Assembly (NCBI GenBank): GCA_035285545.1 | Contig: JAYKGY010000105.1 | Location: forward strand, 1 to 64,000 | Origin: Snowella sp. | GTDB lineage: Bacteria; Cyanobacteriota; Cyanobacteriia; Cyanobacteriales; Microcystaceae | Direction: 5' to 3' | Length of the DNA stretch: 64,000 nucleotides | Notes under the pieces: model-generated | Databases searched by the model: none | What the model was told of the DNA's origin: nothing | What the model saw: the letters and a program-made list of their open reading frames with translations, nothing else | Position numbers and translations under genes: made by a program | Shown: positions 51,189-61,147 of the stretch, one piece after another | How positions within the stretch are numbered: the stretch's first letter is position 1 | Layout of the letters: every line of letters begins with the position of its first letter

Positions 51189-51461
51189 TTAGCGATAATC
51201 ATAATCCAATTCGGTTTGGGGCTGGAATCGAGACCAATCTTCAAAATTTGATGGATCCCTAAGAAAAGCTTGAGCTTCTTCTTCAAGCCGATGGATCAGA
51301 TAGGGTTCTGTGGTATTGCTGTGGCGGAGTGCCGCTAGATAGCCTTCGAGGTAGAGACGAAGTTCCTCCATCCGTTGACCGCGATGCCATAAATCCACCA
51401 TAGCGTCTGTTAGCTTTTGGTAATAACGAATGATTTGGGGGTCTTGTAGCATAGTTGGCAA
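51189..51461 (-). CDS. Conserved cyanobacterial protein (DUF6761-like)
   Basis: IRYYQKLTDAMV, YLEGYLAALR, IHRLEEE...DPSNF. Confidence 0.82.
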   Translation of the reverse strand: MPTMLQDPQIIRYYQKLTDAMVDLWHRGQRMEELRLYLEGYLAALRHSNTTEPYLIHRLEEEAQAFLRDPSNFEDWSRFQPQTELDYDYR

Positions 51462-51608
51462 AGAAGACTATTACTATTCCTTTTATTTTATCGTCTGTGA
51501 TTGACTCATTAATGATAGAAGTTTAAAGAAAAGGAAACACAGCGTAAAGTTCCTGGGGGTCTAGGGACAAAATCTTTAGATTTTTTACGGATTTACTCTC
51601 GCTTCATC

Positions 51609-51650
51609 GTAACAGATGTTACAAACTCTTGACATTGCCTTTGTTACTTT
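51609..51650 (+). promoter_or_regulatory. Class II NtcA-activated promoter
   Basis: GTA-ACAGATGT-TAC (51609-51622), 22 nt spacer, TACTTT (51645-51650). Confidence 0.7.
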
Positions 51651-51682
51651 ATTAGGCATGAGTTAGTGGGGAAATTTTCAAG

Positions 51683-52450
51683 GTGAGTCAGATTTATCTT
51701 TCGATTGTTGAGGGGAATCCTCACCTGCGATCACTGCTAAGTTGGCATTTACAACAATCCGGCTACTTAGTCCAGCAATGTGCCAATCTTCAGCAGGCCC
51801 GACAATCTTTTATGAATCGGCAACCAACGTTGGTGATCCTAGATTCGGATTTACCCGATGGGGATGGAATCGAACTCTGCCGTTGGTTATATCAGCAGCG
51901 TCAGTCGATGGTGATGATTCTTTCGGCACGCACTGGGGAAAAAGATATTGTCAATGGCTTAAAAGCGGGAGCCGATGACTATCTGACTAAGCCTTTTGGG
52001 ATGCAGGAGTTCATGGCACGGGTAGAGGCTTTATTAAGAAGGTTACGGGCTTCGGCGGCTCCCTTGATTCTCGACTATGGCGATCTCAAAATTGATCTGG
52101 TACAGCGTCGGGTGCAATATCAAGGCACTTTTATTGATTTAACGCCCCAGGAATTTAGTTTGCTCTATGTTCTGACCCAGGCAGAAGGAACGGCCCTGAG
52201 TCGGAGTGAGCTATTGCAGCGTGCTTGGCCAGAGGCAATTGATAATCCTCGCACCATCGATACCCATGTGCTATCGCTGAGGAAAAAGATCGAGACCGAT
52301 CCACGTCAGCCGAGCTTGATTCAGACGGTTCGTAATATTGGTTATCGTTTTAATACGGAAGCTTTACAGGAAAACGTTTCCTCTTCAACTTTTGCCGCGT
52401 CTTCTTCTACCCTTTCCCAAAACGGTCACCGCTTATCTAGGGTAAAGTGA
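51683..52450 (+). CDS. OmpR-family response regulator
   Basis: REC (ILDSDLPDGDG, GADDYLTKPF) plus wHTH (LTPQEF, RTIDTHV, QTVRNIGY); GTG start. Confidence 0.93.
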   Translation: MSQIYLSIVEGNPHLRSLLSWHLQQSGYLVQQCANLQQARQSFMNRQPTLVILDSDLPDGDGIELCRWLYQQRQSMVMILSARTGEKDIVNGLKAGADDYLTKPFGMQEFMARVEALLRRLRASAAPLILDYGDLKIDLVQRRVQYQGTFIDLTPQEFSLLYVLTQAEGTALSRSELLQRAWPEAIDNPRTIDTHVLSLRKKIETDPRQPSLIQTVRNIGYRFNTEALQENVSSSTFAASSSTLSQNGHRLSRVK

Positions 52451-52475
52451 AATCGTAGATTTAAGCGTTTTTCCT

Positions 52476-53621
52476 ATGACTTCTCCCTTGACGCGATCGC
52501 CTGACTTAGTAGAAGAAGAACAGGATCTTTTTGATTATTACTATCATGAACCTGGTAGCGCGCCAGGAACCCTGGGGATTGAACCCGATGCCGATCCGAC
52601 AGAAATCGAATTGATTGACTATAATGCCCATCAAATTCATTTTTATCGAGGACTGACTCCTCAAGAATGTGTTCCGTTTTTAGACACAGAATCGGTTTCT
52701 TGGATTAATATTCAGGGCTTAGGAAGCGAAAATGTTTTAAGGGAAATTGGCGAAATTTTTAAGTTACCGCCCCTCATTTTAGAAGATATTGTTAATGTTC
52801 CCCAACGTCCTAAATTAGAATATTACGAAAATTTTTTAATTATTACGACCCAGATGGTCATGATTAAAAAACAGGGCTTTTGGATGGAACAAGTGAGTTT
52901 TATTTTAGGCAAAAGTTATTTATTAACCATTCAAGAGGAACCGGAACGCGATCCGTTTGATCCGGTTAGACAACGCCTAGAAAAAAATATTGGTTTTATT
53001 CGTCAGTTAGGGCCCGATTATTTGTGTTACGCCCTTGCCGATGCCATCGTGGATAATTTTTTTCCTGTCTTAGAAAACTATGGCGATCGCCTAGAAGACT
53101 TAGAAGAAGAAGCAATTACTAGCCCGAATCAAAAAACTCTGACTAAAATTTATCAAATTCGGCGAGAGTTACTCGCCCTACGTCGTTTGATGTGGCCCCA
53201 ACGGGAAATTTTTAATAGTTTGATTCGGGATGGCAGTGATTATATTCATGCTAATTTGCTGAACTATTTCAGAGATTGCTACGACCATACGGTTCAGATT
53301 ATTGATGTGATCGAAACCTATCGGGAATTAGCCGCAGGATTAACGGATGTTTATCTATCGGCCACGGGTAATCGGATGAATGAAATCATGAAAGTTTTAA
53401 CCATTATTTCCACTATTTTTATCCCCTTAACTTTTATTGCTGGAATTTATGGAATGAATTTTAATACGGAAAAATCGCCCTTTAATATGCCTGAATTAAA
53501 TTGGTATTGGGGATATGTTGCTTGTTGGGCAGTGATGATTTTAATTACCAGTGTACAAATCTATATTTTTTGGAAAAGAGGTTGGTTTCGTCAGGGGGTT
53601 TTCACCCATCGCGATCGCTAA
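52476..53621 (+). CDS. corA: Mg/Co transporter CorA
   Basis: QRPK.E, PLTFIAGIYGMNF, MPEL. Confidence 0.95.
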   Translation: MTSPLTRSPDLVEEEQDLFDYYYHEPGSAPGTLGIEPDADPTEIELIDYNAHQIHFYRGLTPQECVPFLDTESVSWINIQGLGSENVLREIGEIFKLPPLILEDIVNVPQRPKLEYYENFLIITTQMVMIKKQGFWMEQVSFILGKSYLLTIQEEPERDPFDPVRQRLEKNIGFIRQLGPDYLCYALADAIVDNFFPVLENYGDRLEDLEEEAITSPNQKTLTKIYQIRRELLALRRLMWPQREIFNSLIRDGSDYIHANLLNYFRDCYDHTVQIIDVIETYRELAAGLTDVYLSATGNRMNEIMKVLTIISTIFIPLTFIAGIYGMNFNTEKSPFNMPELNWYWGYVACWAVMILITSVQIYIFWKRGWFRQGVFTHRDR

Positions 53622-53663
53622 ATGTCCTTTAAGATAAAAAATTAAACGTTATACGGGGGCAAC

Positions 53664-54587
53664 GTGGAACTCAAACAGGTAATTATTGCCCATAAGGCAG
53701 GCCATGCAGAGAGTAAAGCCTGGGCAGAAAGATGCGCGAAACAATTAGAAGCCCGCAATTGTAAGGTTTTAATGGGGCCGAGTGGTTTTAAGGATAACCC
53801 CTATCCTGTTTTTTTAGCGTCGATTACCCAAAAAATTGATCTAGCCATCATTTTAGGGGGAGATGGTACGGTATTGGCGGCAGCCCGTCACCTGGCCCCA
53901 GAAGGCATTCCCCTTTTAGCCGTTAATGTGGGGGGACATCTAGGGTTTTTAACTGAAAATTTTGAACTCTTTCAGGATACGGAGCTTGTCTGGGATCGGT
54001 TACTCGGCGATCGCTACGCGGTTTCCCAACGCATGATGTTAGAAGCAGGTCTCTTTGAAGGCAGTCGCGAAAATCCCAAACTTTCCAGCGATCGCTTTCC
54101 CAGCCTCAATGAATTTTGTGTTAAACCCGCCAGCATCGACCGAATGCCCACCACCTTTGTAGAACTAGAAGTAGACGGGGAAATTGTCGATCAATATCAG
54201 GGAGACGGGCTTTTAGTCGCAACCCCAACGGGATCAACCTGTTATACTGCCTCGGCCAACGGCCCCATTTTGCACCCTGGTATGGAAGCCATCATTATTA
54301 CCCCGATTTGTCCCCTGAGTCTGTCGAGTCGTCCTATCGTTATTCCCCCTGGGTCTAATGTCAATATTTGGGCCTTGGGCGATTATGAATTGAATACCAA
54401 GCTTTGGACAGACGGCTCGCTCGCCACTTCCATCTGGCCAGGTCAATGGGTAAATGTTCGGATGGCTCCCTATCGGGCCCAATTTATTTTATTGCGAGAA
54501 AGTTATTCGTTTTATCAAACCCTACAGGAAAAGCTGCTTTGGGCAGGGGCGAGGATTCGCTACGATAATACCCACCGCAATAATTAA
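53664..54587 (+). CDS. nadK: NAD+ kinase
   Basis: GGDGT, GHLGFL, LNE, GDG...TPTGSTCY. Confidence 0.95.
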   Translation: MELKQVIIAHKAGHAESKAWAERCAKQLEARNCKVLMGPSGFKDNPYPVFLASITQKIDLAIILGGDGTVLAAARHLAPEGIPLLAVNVGGHLGFLTENFELFQDTELVWDRLLGDRYAVSQRMMLEAGLFEGSRENPKLSSDRFPSLNEFCVKPASIDRMPTTFVELEVDGEIVDQYQGDGLLVATPTGSTCYTASANGPILHPGMEAIIITPICPLSLSSRPIVIPPGSNVNIWALGDYELNTKLWTDGSLATSIWPGQWVNVRMAPYRAQFILLRESYSFYQTLQEKLLWAGARIRYDNTHRNN

Positions 54588-54717
54588 CAGATTGATTGAT
54601 TATTAGACGACCAGGCGATTGTCATGGGAAAAATTCCGTCGGTTTCCAAGCAGAATCGCTTCTCCTCTCTATTTTTAGGGAGGGCAAAATCTGTCAATAC
54701 TGGATTAACACCCCCGA

Positions 54718-55527
54718 TTACGTTTCCGAGGGCGTTCCTTGACTGATTAAGGGAGAAAGATAGGCGACCAAGGCACCGATCGCGAAGCCCATCACATTCC
54801 GCAGGAGGGGTAACCAATCACTGGTACGGGTAACAACCGGGCCAATACCAAAGGCGATCAATAAAATTCCCCAGAGGGGCGACATGATCAAAACCCATTG
54901 CCAAGCAAAAATCTGACCTTCTTTACGAGGAATGGCCGCAAAACCCACGATGACTCCCCCAACAATGGAAGTGACTAGGGTTAAAATCCACTGTTCACGG
55001 GGTAAGCCTGGAACGACTAAACAACCGCCTTCTTTGACCAAACAGCCTTTAACCGTATCTAATGCCTGGGTAATCGCTCGATTTTCTCCATTTTCTCGAA
55101 TATAGTAAATATTGCCAAAGCGGGCTTGCAGTTCAATCCAAAAGGTACGGGGCATCAGTTCATAGACAGCATCCCCAATGCTAAATGCCAATAAGTTTCC
55201 GCCTCTCGAATCGGCCACTAACAAAATACTTTTATCGTCTAATCCCCAAAAGTTGATCACAGCGCGGCCAGGGCTACGGTCGTATTGGGTTAAAACTCTG
55301 AGTTTCCAGCCGGTTTCAGTTTCAAAGTTATTGATATCCTGAATCAGCGCGTCTTCTTGTGCCTGGGGCAGGAAATTAGCCAAATCTACCACTGGCGTTA
55401 CGGTATCGGGTAACAGTTCGGGATTATTGACCGCGATCGCGGGAGTCGGAAAAGCGACACTGAGAAGGAGGCTAACACAACAAACGAGAATCCCCACCAG
55501 GTACCGTCGAAGACCATGCTTATTCAT
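54718..55527 (-). CDS. TPM-domain (thylakoid lumen-type) membrane protein
   Basis: Signal peptide; TPVVDLA, GWKLRVLTQ, FWIELQ.RFGN; C-terminal TM helices. Confidence 0.85.
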   Translation of the reverse strand: MNKHGLRRYLVGILVCCVSLLLSVAFPTPAIAVNNPELLPDTVTPVVDLANFLPQAQEDALIQDINNFETETGWKLRVLTQYDRSPGRAVINFWGLDDKSILLVADSRGGNLLAFSIGDAVYELMPRTFWIELQARFGNIYYIRENGENRAITQALDTVKGCLVKEGGCLVVPGLPREQWILTLVTSIVGGVIVGFAAIPRKEGQIFAWQWVLIMSPLWGILLIAFGIGPVVTRTSDWLPLLRNVMGFAIGALVAYLSPLISQGTPSET

Positions 55528-55563
55528 AAAAGGCAATTAATTTAAAATTAAATGTTCAGTTTT

Positions 55564-55581
55564 GTTACATTTGTTTACTTA
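55564..55581. promoter_or_regulatory. HLR1-like (RpaB) direct repeat
   Basis: GTTACATT-TG-TTTACTTA just upstream of the TPM gene. Confidence 0.5.
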
Positions 55582-55623
55582 ATTTTAAGATAAATAGTCT
55601 AAAGAAACACCGTCAACCGAAAG

Positions 55624-56040
55624 TTAATCTTCCTGATTTTTGGGAAGAGCCTGAGAAAAGCCGTTATTTTGCAGAGGATACTCCTGCCAAGTCTGCCAAG
55701 CCGCTTTTACCCCCGTTGTTAATCGACGAGTCCCGATTTGGACTTTATTGGCTTGCTCTTTCGCCCCCGTTAAGGTTTGATCCACATTTTGAATGATATC
55801 TCCTACCCCTTTCACACTTTGATTGAGATCATCGGTTAGCTCACTGATTTCTAATCCGGTTAGGCGAATGGCTTCTAGGGTTGGAGGAAATTCTCGACTC
55901 AGACTATCAAATAATTTTTCAGCACTGCGGGCTGCTCTGGCAACTTCCTGGAGGGCGGGTAATGCTGCGATAAACACCGCCGTCAAACTCACAGAAACCA
56001 GTAACAGAGACATTCCAAGCCAAAAATTCGGATCGGCCAT
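55624..56040 (-). CDS. DUF948-like membrane-anchored protein
   Basis: DP.FWLG.SLLLV..SL, ARSAEKLFD.L.RE.PPTLEAIRLTG. Confidence 0.8.
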   Translation of the reverse strand: MADPNFWLGMSLLLVSVSLTAVFIAALPALQEVARAARSAEKLFDSLSREFPPTLEAIRLTGLEISELTDDLNQSVKGVGDIIQNVDQTLTGAKEQANKVQIGTRRLTTGVKAAWQTWQEYPLQNNGFSQALPKNQED

Positions 56041-56050
56041 GGGTTGGGGG

Positions 56051-56398
56051 TCAATTAAATTTATCAACGGCATTCGGGTTAACGGTTCCTTCACGGGTTG
56101 GGGTGACTTCTACCACTTCGATTTGGCTGGCTTCGACCCCCGCCGCGATCGCTTCTCGGAGTCTATCGAGGGTTCCTTGCCAATTGCGTTGAGCCGATTC
56201 GGACAAATGATCGGTTTGGAGTTGGACAGAAGTGGCCAAATCTTCAACCAAATCCGGTAGGGCATCTGCCGACTTTTTGATAATTTTGCGGGTTTCTCGG
56301 CCAGAACGGGGAGCTAACAGGAGTCCTGTCACTGTTCCCACCAAGCCACCGACTAAAAGCCCGACCAATAAAGCCCCACCCGTGTTGTTTTTAGACAT
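56051..56398 (-). CDS. YtxH-domain protein
   Basis: GLLVGGLVG...GLLLAPRSGRETR; start MSKNN at 56398. Confidence 0.88.
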   Translation of the reverse strand: MSKNNTGGALLVGLLVGGLVGTVTGLLLAPRSGRETRKIIKKSADALPDLVEDLATSVQLQTDHLSESAQRNWQGTLDRLREAIAAGVEASQIEVVEVTPTREGTVNPNAVDKFN

Positions 56399-56537
56399 TA
56401 TGCTCGCCTCAATGCTTAAACCTATTGTAGAGGAGATACGCGAATCTGCCGAAAAAGGGCGCAAAACATTCCTTTGGTTAGAATACTTTCGCTCTCCTGA
56501 TTCGGTGTTGGAATAGGAGTCGGGCAATTCCTAATGC

Positions 56538-56822
56538 TTATTTTTCGACTTGAACCCCGCGCCAAAAGGCAACATAGTTTTGAATATTTTTGGCTTTTTC
56601 TTTCGGATTAGGATAATACCAAGCGGCATCTTTATTTTCCTGACCATCCACGACAACGGTATAGTAACTGGCTTCCCCTTTCCAAAAGCAGGTGGTATGG
56701 GTGGTGCTGTCTTTGAAATAGTCACGATTGATGGCATCGGGGGGAAAGTAGTAGTTGCCTTCGACAATTTCACATTGATTACTGTCTGCTAATACGGCTC
56801 CATTCCAGATTGCTTTTGCCAT
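56538..56822 (-). CDS. DUF427 family protein
   Basis: VEGNYYFP, TCFWKGEASYY, AAWYYP. Confidence 0.92.
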   Translation of the reverse strand: MAKAIWNGAVLADSNQCEIVEGNYYFPPDAINRDYFKDSTTHTTCFWKGEASYYTVVVDGQENKDAAWYYPNPKEKAKNIQNYVAFWRGVQVEK

Positions 56823-56886
56823 GGTTCGATTTCCTCAGTCATTGCTTTAAGGTTTTATTTTAATTCAGGAAGGCTTCTCTGCTGTC

Positions 56887-58314
56887 CTAACGTTTCCAAC
56901 TGCGTCGCCAATGGAAAAATTTCGCTAATAACGCTTTTTGCCAGGGATTTTCTGCAAACTTTTGTTTTTGGAATAACAAGGCCGCCTGACCATTGACTTC
57001 CGTTAAAGTGGGATAAATATGAATTCCGGTTAAGGCAGAAACCTTGAGACGATGGGACATGGCTAAGACAATTTCTGCGATTAATTCCCCGGCCGATCGC
57101 CCAACTAAATGGGCACCAAGAATTTCCCCATTCGGTCGAACAATCAGTTTCGCAAAGCCTTGGGTTGAACCTTCTGCTTGAGCGCGATCGCTGCCGGAGA
57201 AAGGTTGCTTTAACACATAAATATCATCCCCATAGCGGGATCGAGCTTGCTTCTCGGTCATGCCTACCCGTGCCAATTCCGGATCAGTAAAAGTCGCCCA
57301 GGGAATAACCTGATAATTTACCTTACTAGTCGGGAAAAAGAGCGCGTTTTTTAGCACCGTAACGGCTTCCTGACCCGCGACATGGGTAAATTGATAACCC
57401 CCAATAACATCCCCACAGGCATATATTTTAGGATTCGTGGTTTGCAATTTGGCATTGACCTTAATCCCTTTTTCGTTAAAACTTACGCCTGCTGCCGCTA
57501 AATTTAAACGCTCCACATTCGGCGATCGCCCCGTCGCCACCAAGATCTGATCGGCTTCTACCCACTCCGAACCGAACCAAAGCCGCTTTTTTCCTTCCGC
57601 TACTTCAACTTTTTCTACCCTGGCATTTTTGAGGATTTCAATGCCTTCTGATAAAAACTGTTCTTCAATCACCGCCGCCGCATCGGGATCTTCCTTGGCT
57701 AAAATTTGCGGGCCACTGGAAAAGATTGTCACCGCAGACCCTAACCGATGAAAGGCTTGTCCTATCTCGCAACCAATGGGCCCAGAACCAATAATCGCTA
57801 AAGATTGAACGCGATCGCGGAGGGTAAAAAGGTTTTCGTTGGTTAAATAATCGGTTTCTGTTAAGCCTGGAATGGGCGGAATAGCGGGATGGGAACCCGT
57901 GGCAATCACAAAAGCTCTAGCGGTTAAATCGCGGTTATTGACCCTAAAGGTTTGAGCATCAATAAATTCCCCAGAGCCGAAGATCACCTCAACCCCCAAC
58001 TCTTGAAAGCGTTCAGGGGAATCGTGGGGCTGAATGGCAGCGATCGCACGGTTAACGTGGGCCATCACCTCTGCAAAGTGAATATCGGTGGAATGGGCGT
58101 AAATTCCGAAGCGGGAGGCATTTTTAACCTCATAGGCTGTTCGAGACGCATGGATTAAGGCTTTACTCGGTACACAACCCGACCAGAGACACTCGCCCCC
58201 TAAGCGATCCTTTTCCACGAGAGCAACCTTGGCCTTTAATTGGGCTGCCGCACTCGCGACCACTAAGCCCCCCGAACCGCCTCCAATCACGACAATATCG
58301 TACTCAACCGCCAT
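56887..58314 (-). CDS. Pyridine nucleotide-disulfide oxidoreductase (MerA/LpdA-like)
   Basis: GGGSGG, GGECLWSGCVPSK, GSGPIG, HIYPT; no C-terminal CC pair of true MerA. Confidence 0.88.
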   Translation of the reverse strand: MAVEYDIVVIGGGSGGLVVASAAAQLKAKVALVEKDRLGGECLWSGCVPSKALIHASRTAYEVKNASRFGIYAHSTDIHFAEVMAHVNRAIAAIQPHDSPERFQELGVEVIFGSGEFIDAQTFRVNNRDLTARAFVIATGSHPAIPPIPGLTETDYLTNENLFTLRDRVQSLAIIGSGPIGCEIGQAFHRLGSAVTIFSSGPQILAKEDPDAAAVIEEQFLSEGIEILKNARVEKVEVAEGKKRLWFGSEWVEADQILVATGRSPNVERLNLAAAGVSFNEKGIKVNAKLQTTNPKIYACGDVIGGYQFTHVAGQEAVTVLKNALFFPTSKVNYQVIPWATFTDPELARVGMTEKQARSRYGDDIYVLKQPFSGSDRAQAEGSTQGFAKLIVRPNGEILGAHLVGRSAGELIAEIVLAMSHRLKVSALTGIHIYPTLTEVNGQAALLFQKQKFAENPWQKALLAKFFHWRRSWKR

Positions 58315-58357
58315 AGTATGATCAATGACATTATTTATTCGCTTAGCTTCGATTATA

Positions 58358-59032
58358 ATGAACGCCGCTTCCCTCCTGTCTCTTTTGCAATTAGTGAGTC
58401 CTGCTTTACCCGTAGGAGCCTATAGTTATTCAGAAGGTTTAGAAAGTTTGATCGATCAGGGAATTATCCAGAATCAAGAGCAGTTGGAAAATTGGCTGAC
58501 CCAAGAACTCAAAACCGGCTCAATTCGTGTCGAAACAGCCGTTTTATGGAGAGCTTATCAGGCGAGTTTGGATCAAAATCTGGAACGGTTAAATCGATGG
58601 AATCTTTGGCTTTCTGCGACGAGAGAATCCCTAGAATTACGGCAACAAAGTTGGCAGATGGGGCAATCGTTAAGCAAGTTGTTATTAGATTTGATACCGG
58701 AAACTAACGCTTTATTTTGTCATATTCACCAACCCTGTAATTACGCGATCGCCTTTGGAATTGGAGCCGCCTATTGGCAGATCGAAGCTTCCACAATGGT
58801 TTTAGGCTATCTTTCCGGTTGGGCGAGTAATCTAATTAGTGCTGGAGTCCGCTTAGTTCCCTTGGGGCAAACAATGGGACAACGCATCACCTTAAATCTA
58901 CACCCTCACTTATTACAAGCCACCGATGAAATTTTAGTGCTATCCGACGATGACTTAAACAGTTGTAGCTGGGGATTGGGTTTAGCCAGTATGCACCATG
59001 AAGTTCAATATACCCGTTTATTTCGGAGTTAA
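58358..59032 (+). CDS. ureF: Urease accessory protein UreF
   Basis: [34 protein letters not shown]. Confidence 0.95.
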   Translation: MNAASLLSLLQLVSPALPVGAYSYSEGLESLIDQGIIQNQEQLENWLTQELKTGSIRVETAVLWRAYQASLDQNLERLNRWNLWLSATRESLELRQQSWQMGQSLSKLLLDLIPETNALFCHIHQPCNYAIAFGIGAAYWQIEASTMVLGYLSGWASNLISAGVRLVPLGQTMGQRITLNLHPHLLQATDEILVLSDDDLNSCSWGLGLASMHHEVQYTRLFRS

Positions 59033-59062
59033 GAACCGTTAGATGCAGTTAATTGACTTAAA

Positions 59063-59668
59063 TTATTGCATGGAGCCTAAATACTTGCGGAGATAGGGAG
59101 AAAAGACTTCATAGATTAAAGTTAACGGTTTGTGATCGTGCCAAAACAGATAATGTCGTCCCCAAAAGGGCCCTGTTTCCTCAAACGCCTCTTCTAAAGC
59201 CGCTGAATGACCGTGATAAAGCCCCTGAATATCCCGATACAATTCCGTATGTAAATGGGAAAGACTATCCCAAATCGGTAAATTGCGATTTTGCAAATAT
59301 TCATCCACATGGTTGGCATCCCACCAGGAAACCGCATAGGCTAAGCGTTGACCCGATGCCGTCCGTAACCATACCTGTCGCCGCAACCAGGGCTGGGGAA
59401 CCGCTTCAATGTGCAAGGGGGCACCATCATCGACAGAACCGACTAGGGACATATCAATCACATCCACACAGGTTTTTTCGCCGGTTAACAGTTGCAAATG
59501 ACGAGTCGGAGAACCATCCCCCAAAATTAAAATTTGCCAAGCAGGGGAAAGTTGAGTATGGGGTAACCCTTGTTTAACCGCCATTTCTCCCCCTTGCCAG
59601 AGGAGGTCGAGGGAATGCCAAGCAGGAATCACTGGAGCGGTGGGAAAAGTCTTCAATGGCTTAATCAA
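59063..59668 (-). CDS. ubiC: Chorismate pyruvate-lyase (Ycf21/DUF98, plastoquinone pathway)
   Basis: GDGSPTRHL, RRQVWL, LAYAVSWW, LIYEVFSP. Confidence 0.85.
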   Translation of the reverse strand: MIKPLKTFPTAPVIPAWHSLDLLWQGGEMAVKQGLPHTQLSPAWQILILGDGSPTRHLQLLTGEKTCVDVIDMSLVGSVDDGAPLHIEAVPQPWLRRQVWLRTASGQRLAYAVSWWDANHVDEYLQNRNLPIWDSLSHLHTELYRDIQGLYHGHSAALEEAFEETGPFWGRHYLFWHDHKPLTLIYEVFSPYLRKYLGSMQ

Positions 59669-59951
59669 AGAGGATCTTTACAAAACTTTATTATTTTATT
59701 ATTACCTATGATCACAAATCTGCGTTGCCAATAGAAAACGGAAAAACGCGATCGCGCTTTAACACTGAACGGTTGTTTCAAATCGTCTTGACCCGATCAG
59801 CCCCGATTATTTCCTCCTCTGGGAATGGTTGGATCGCCTCTGGTATCCCCGCCGAGTAACGTTTTAACCCCATTGCCAAAGGATTCAATCAATAACGGGA
59901 TAAAGTATGATGAGTTCCAATGATTAAACTTATGATTTTCAAGTATTTCTA

Positions 59952-60572
59952 ATGGAATGGCACATTACCGATGCCCAGAGTTTGGCAATTATTGATCAAG
60001 AAATTGGTGAAACGGCTCTCCCTCCCGCAGAATACGAAATTGTCCGTCGTGTTATCTTAGCCACTGCTGATTTTGATTATCATCACTCGCTTCGTTTTTC
60101 TGATCGGGTTTTGTCGGCAGGAGCAGCGGCTTTAGCAGCCAGAACCACCATTATTGTGGATGTTCCAATGGTACAAGTGGGAATTGTCCCCCATCTTCAA
60201 CAGACCTTTGCCAATCCGGTTTATTGCAGCACCCAAACCATTACTCGACCCCAAAAAGCCAAAACCCAGTCTGCTTGGGGATTGCAAACCTTGGCCAGAC
60301 GTTATCCTGAAGGAATATTTGTCATCGGCGATTCGATAACGGCTCTTACTGCCTTGGTTGAATTAATTGAGGAGGAAAATATTCGCCCAACGTTGGTCAT
60401 TGCGACCCCATCGGGTTTTTTGGATGCCAATGTGGAAAAGGATCGATTACAGGATTCTTTAATTCCCAATATCTTTGTCGATGACCGTAAGGGCAATCCC
60501 TGTGTTGCGGTGGCAATCATCAATGGGCTGGTCGATCTTGCTTGGCAAGCCTATGAACAAAGTGCCCATTAG
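59952..60572 (+). CDS. Precorrin-8X methylmutase (CobH/CbiC)-like paralogue
   Basis: QSLAIID, RRVILATADFD, D..MV..GI, RKG...AVAIIN. Confidence 0.8.
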   Translation: MEWHITDAQSLAIIDQEIGETALPPAEYEIVRRVILATADFDYHHSLRFSDRVLSAGAAALAARTTIIVDVPMVQVGIVPHLQQTFANPVYCSTQTITRPQKAKTQSAWGLQTLARRYPEGIFVIGDSITALTALVELIEEENIRPTLVIATPSGFLDANVEKDRLQDSLIPNIFVDDRKGNPCVAVAIINGLVDLAWQAYEQSAH

Positions 60573-60652
60573 TCTGGTTCGGTGGATACTATCGATACTG
60601 AAGGGATTAGGCGTTCACTCAGGAGACCCATGACAACTATGATACTATAGTA

Positions 60653-61060
60653 CTATTCTTGGTCTTCTCGTTGCGCGATCGCCGCTTTAATCTGGGAAAC
60701 AAATTTTTCATGATCAACGACTGGTTTAGAAATATAGCCATCGGCCCCACTTTCCCGTAAAAAAAATTCGCGATCGCCTTCCATCGCGTGGGCAGTAACG
60801 AGAATAACGGGTAAATTTTGGGTTTGGGGATCCGCTTTGAGCATTTGGGTAATTTGGATACCATCCACGGCTTGCCCTTGGTACAAACTTCGAGCAAGAG
60901 AAACATCCATGAGAATCACCTCAATGTCCCCCCCTTTTGCCAACTGGAGAATTTCTTCCACATCTTCGGTGCCGTAAACATTCATTCCTCCTCGTTTCAT
61001 GAGGATTTTTGAAAAAACCCGAAAATTCATCGGATCGTCTTCTACAATCAGAACGGTCAT
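60653..61060 (-). CDS. Single-domain response regulator (DivK-like)
   Basis: VEDD, LMDVSL, DG, TAHAM, SKP; GGGAG RBS before ATG 61060. Confidence 0.9.
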   Translation of the reverse strand: MTVLIVEDDPMNFRVFSKILMKRGGMNVYGTEDVEEILQLAKGGDIEVILMDVSLARSLYQGQAVDGIQITQMLKADPQTQNLPVILVTAHAMEGDREFFLRESGADGYISKPVVDHEKFVSQIKAAIAQREDQE

Positions 61061-61147
61061 TTTCACTCTCCCTAAAAACCAAATCAGGTCAGTCAAGTAC
61101 GGCTAAATGAATCCATTAGCTGTTATTTAATTTAACAACGCAAATTC

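Noticed and set aside
56887..58314. Mercuric reductase MerA
   Set aside because: No C-terminal Cys-Cys pair or N-terminal HMA domain, and no mer operon.
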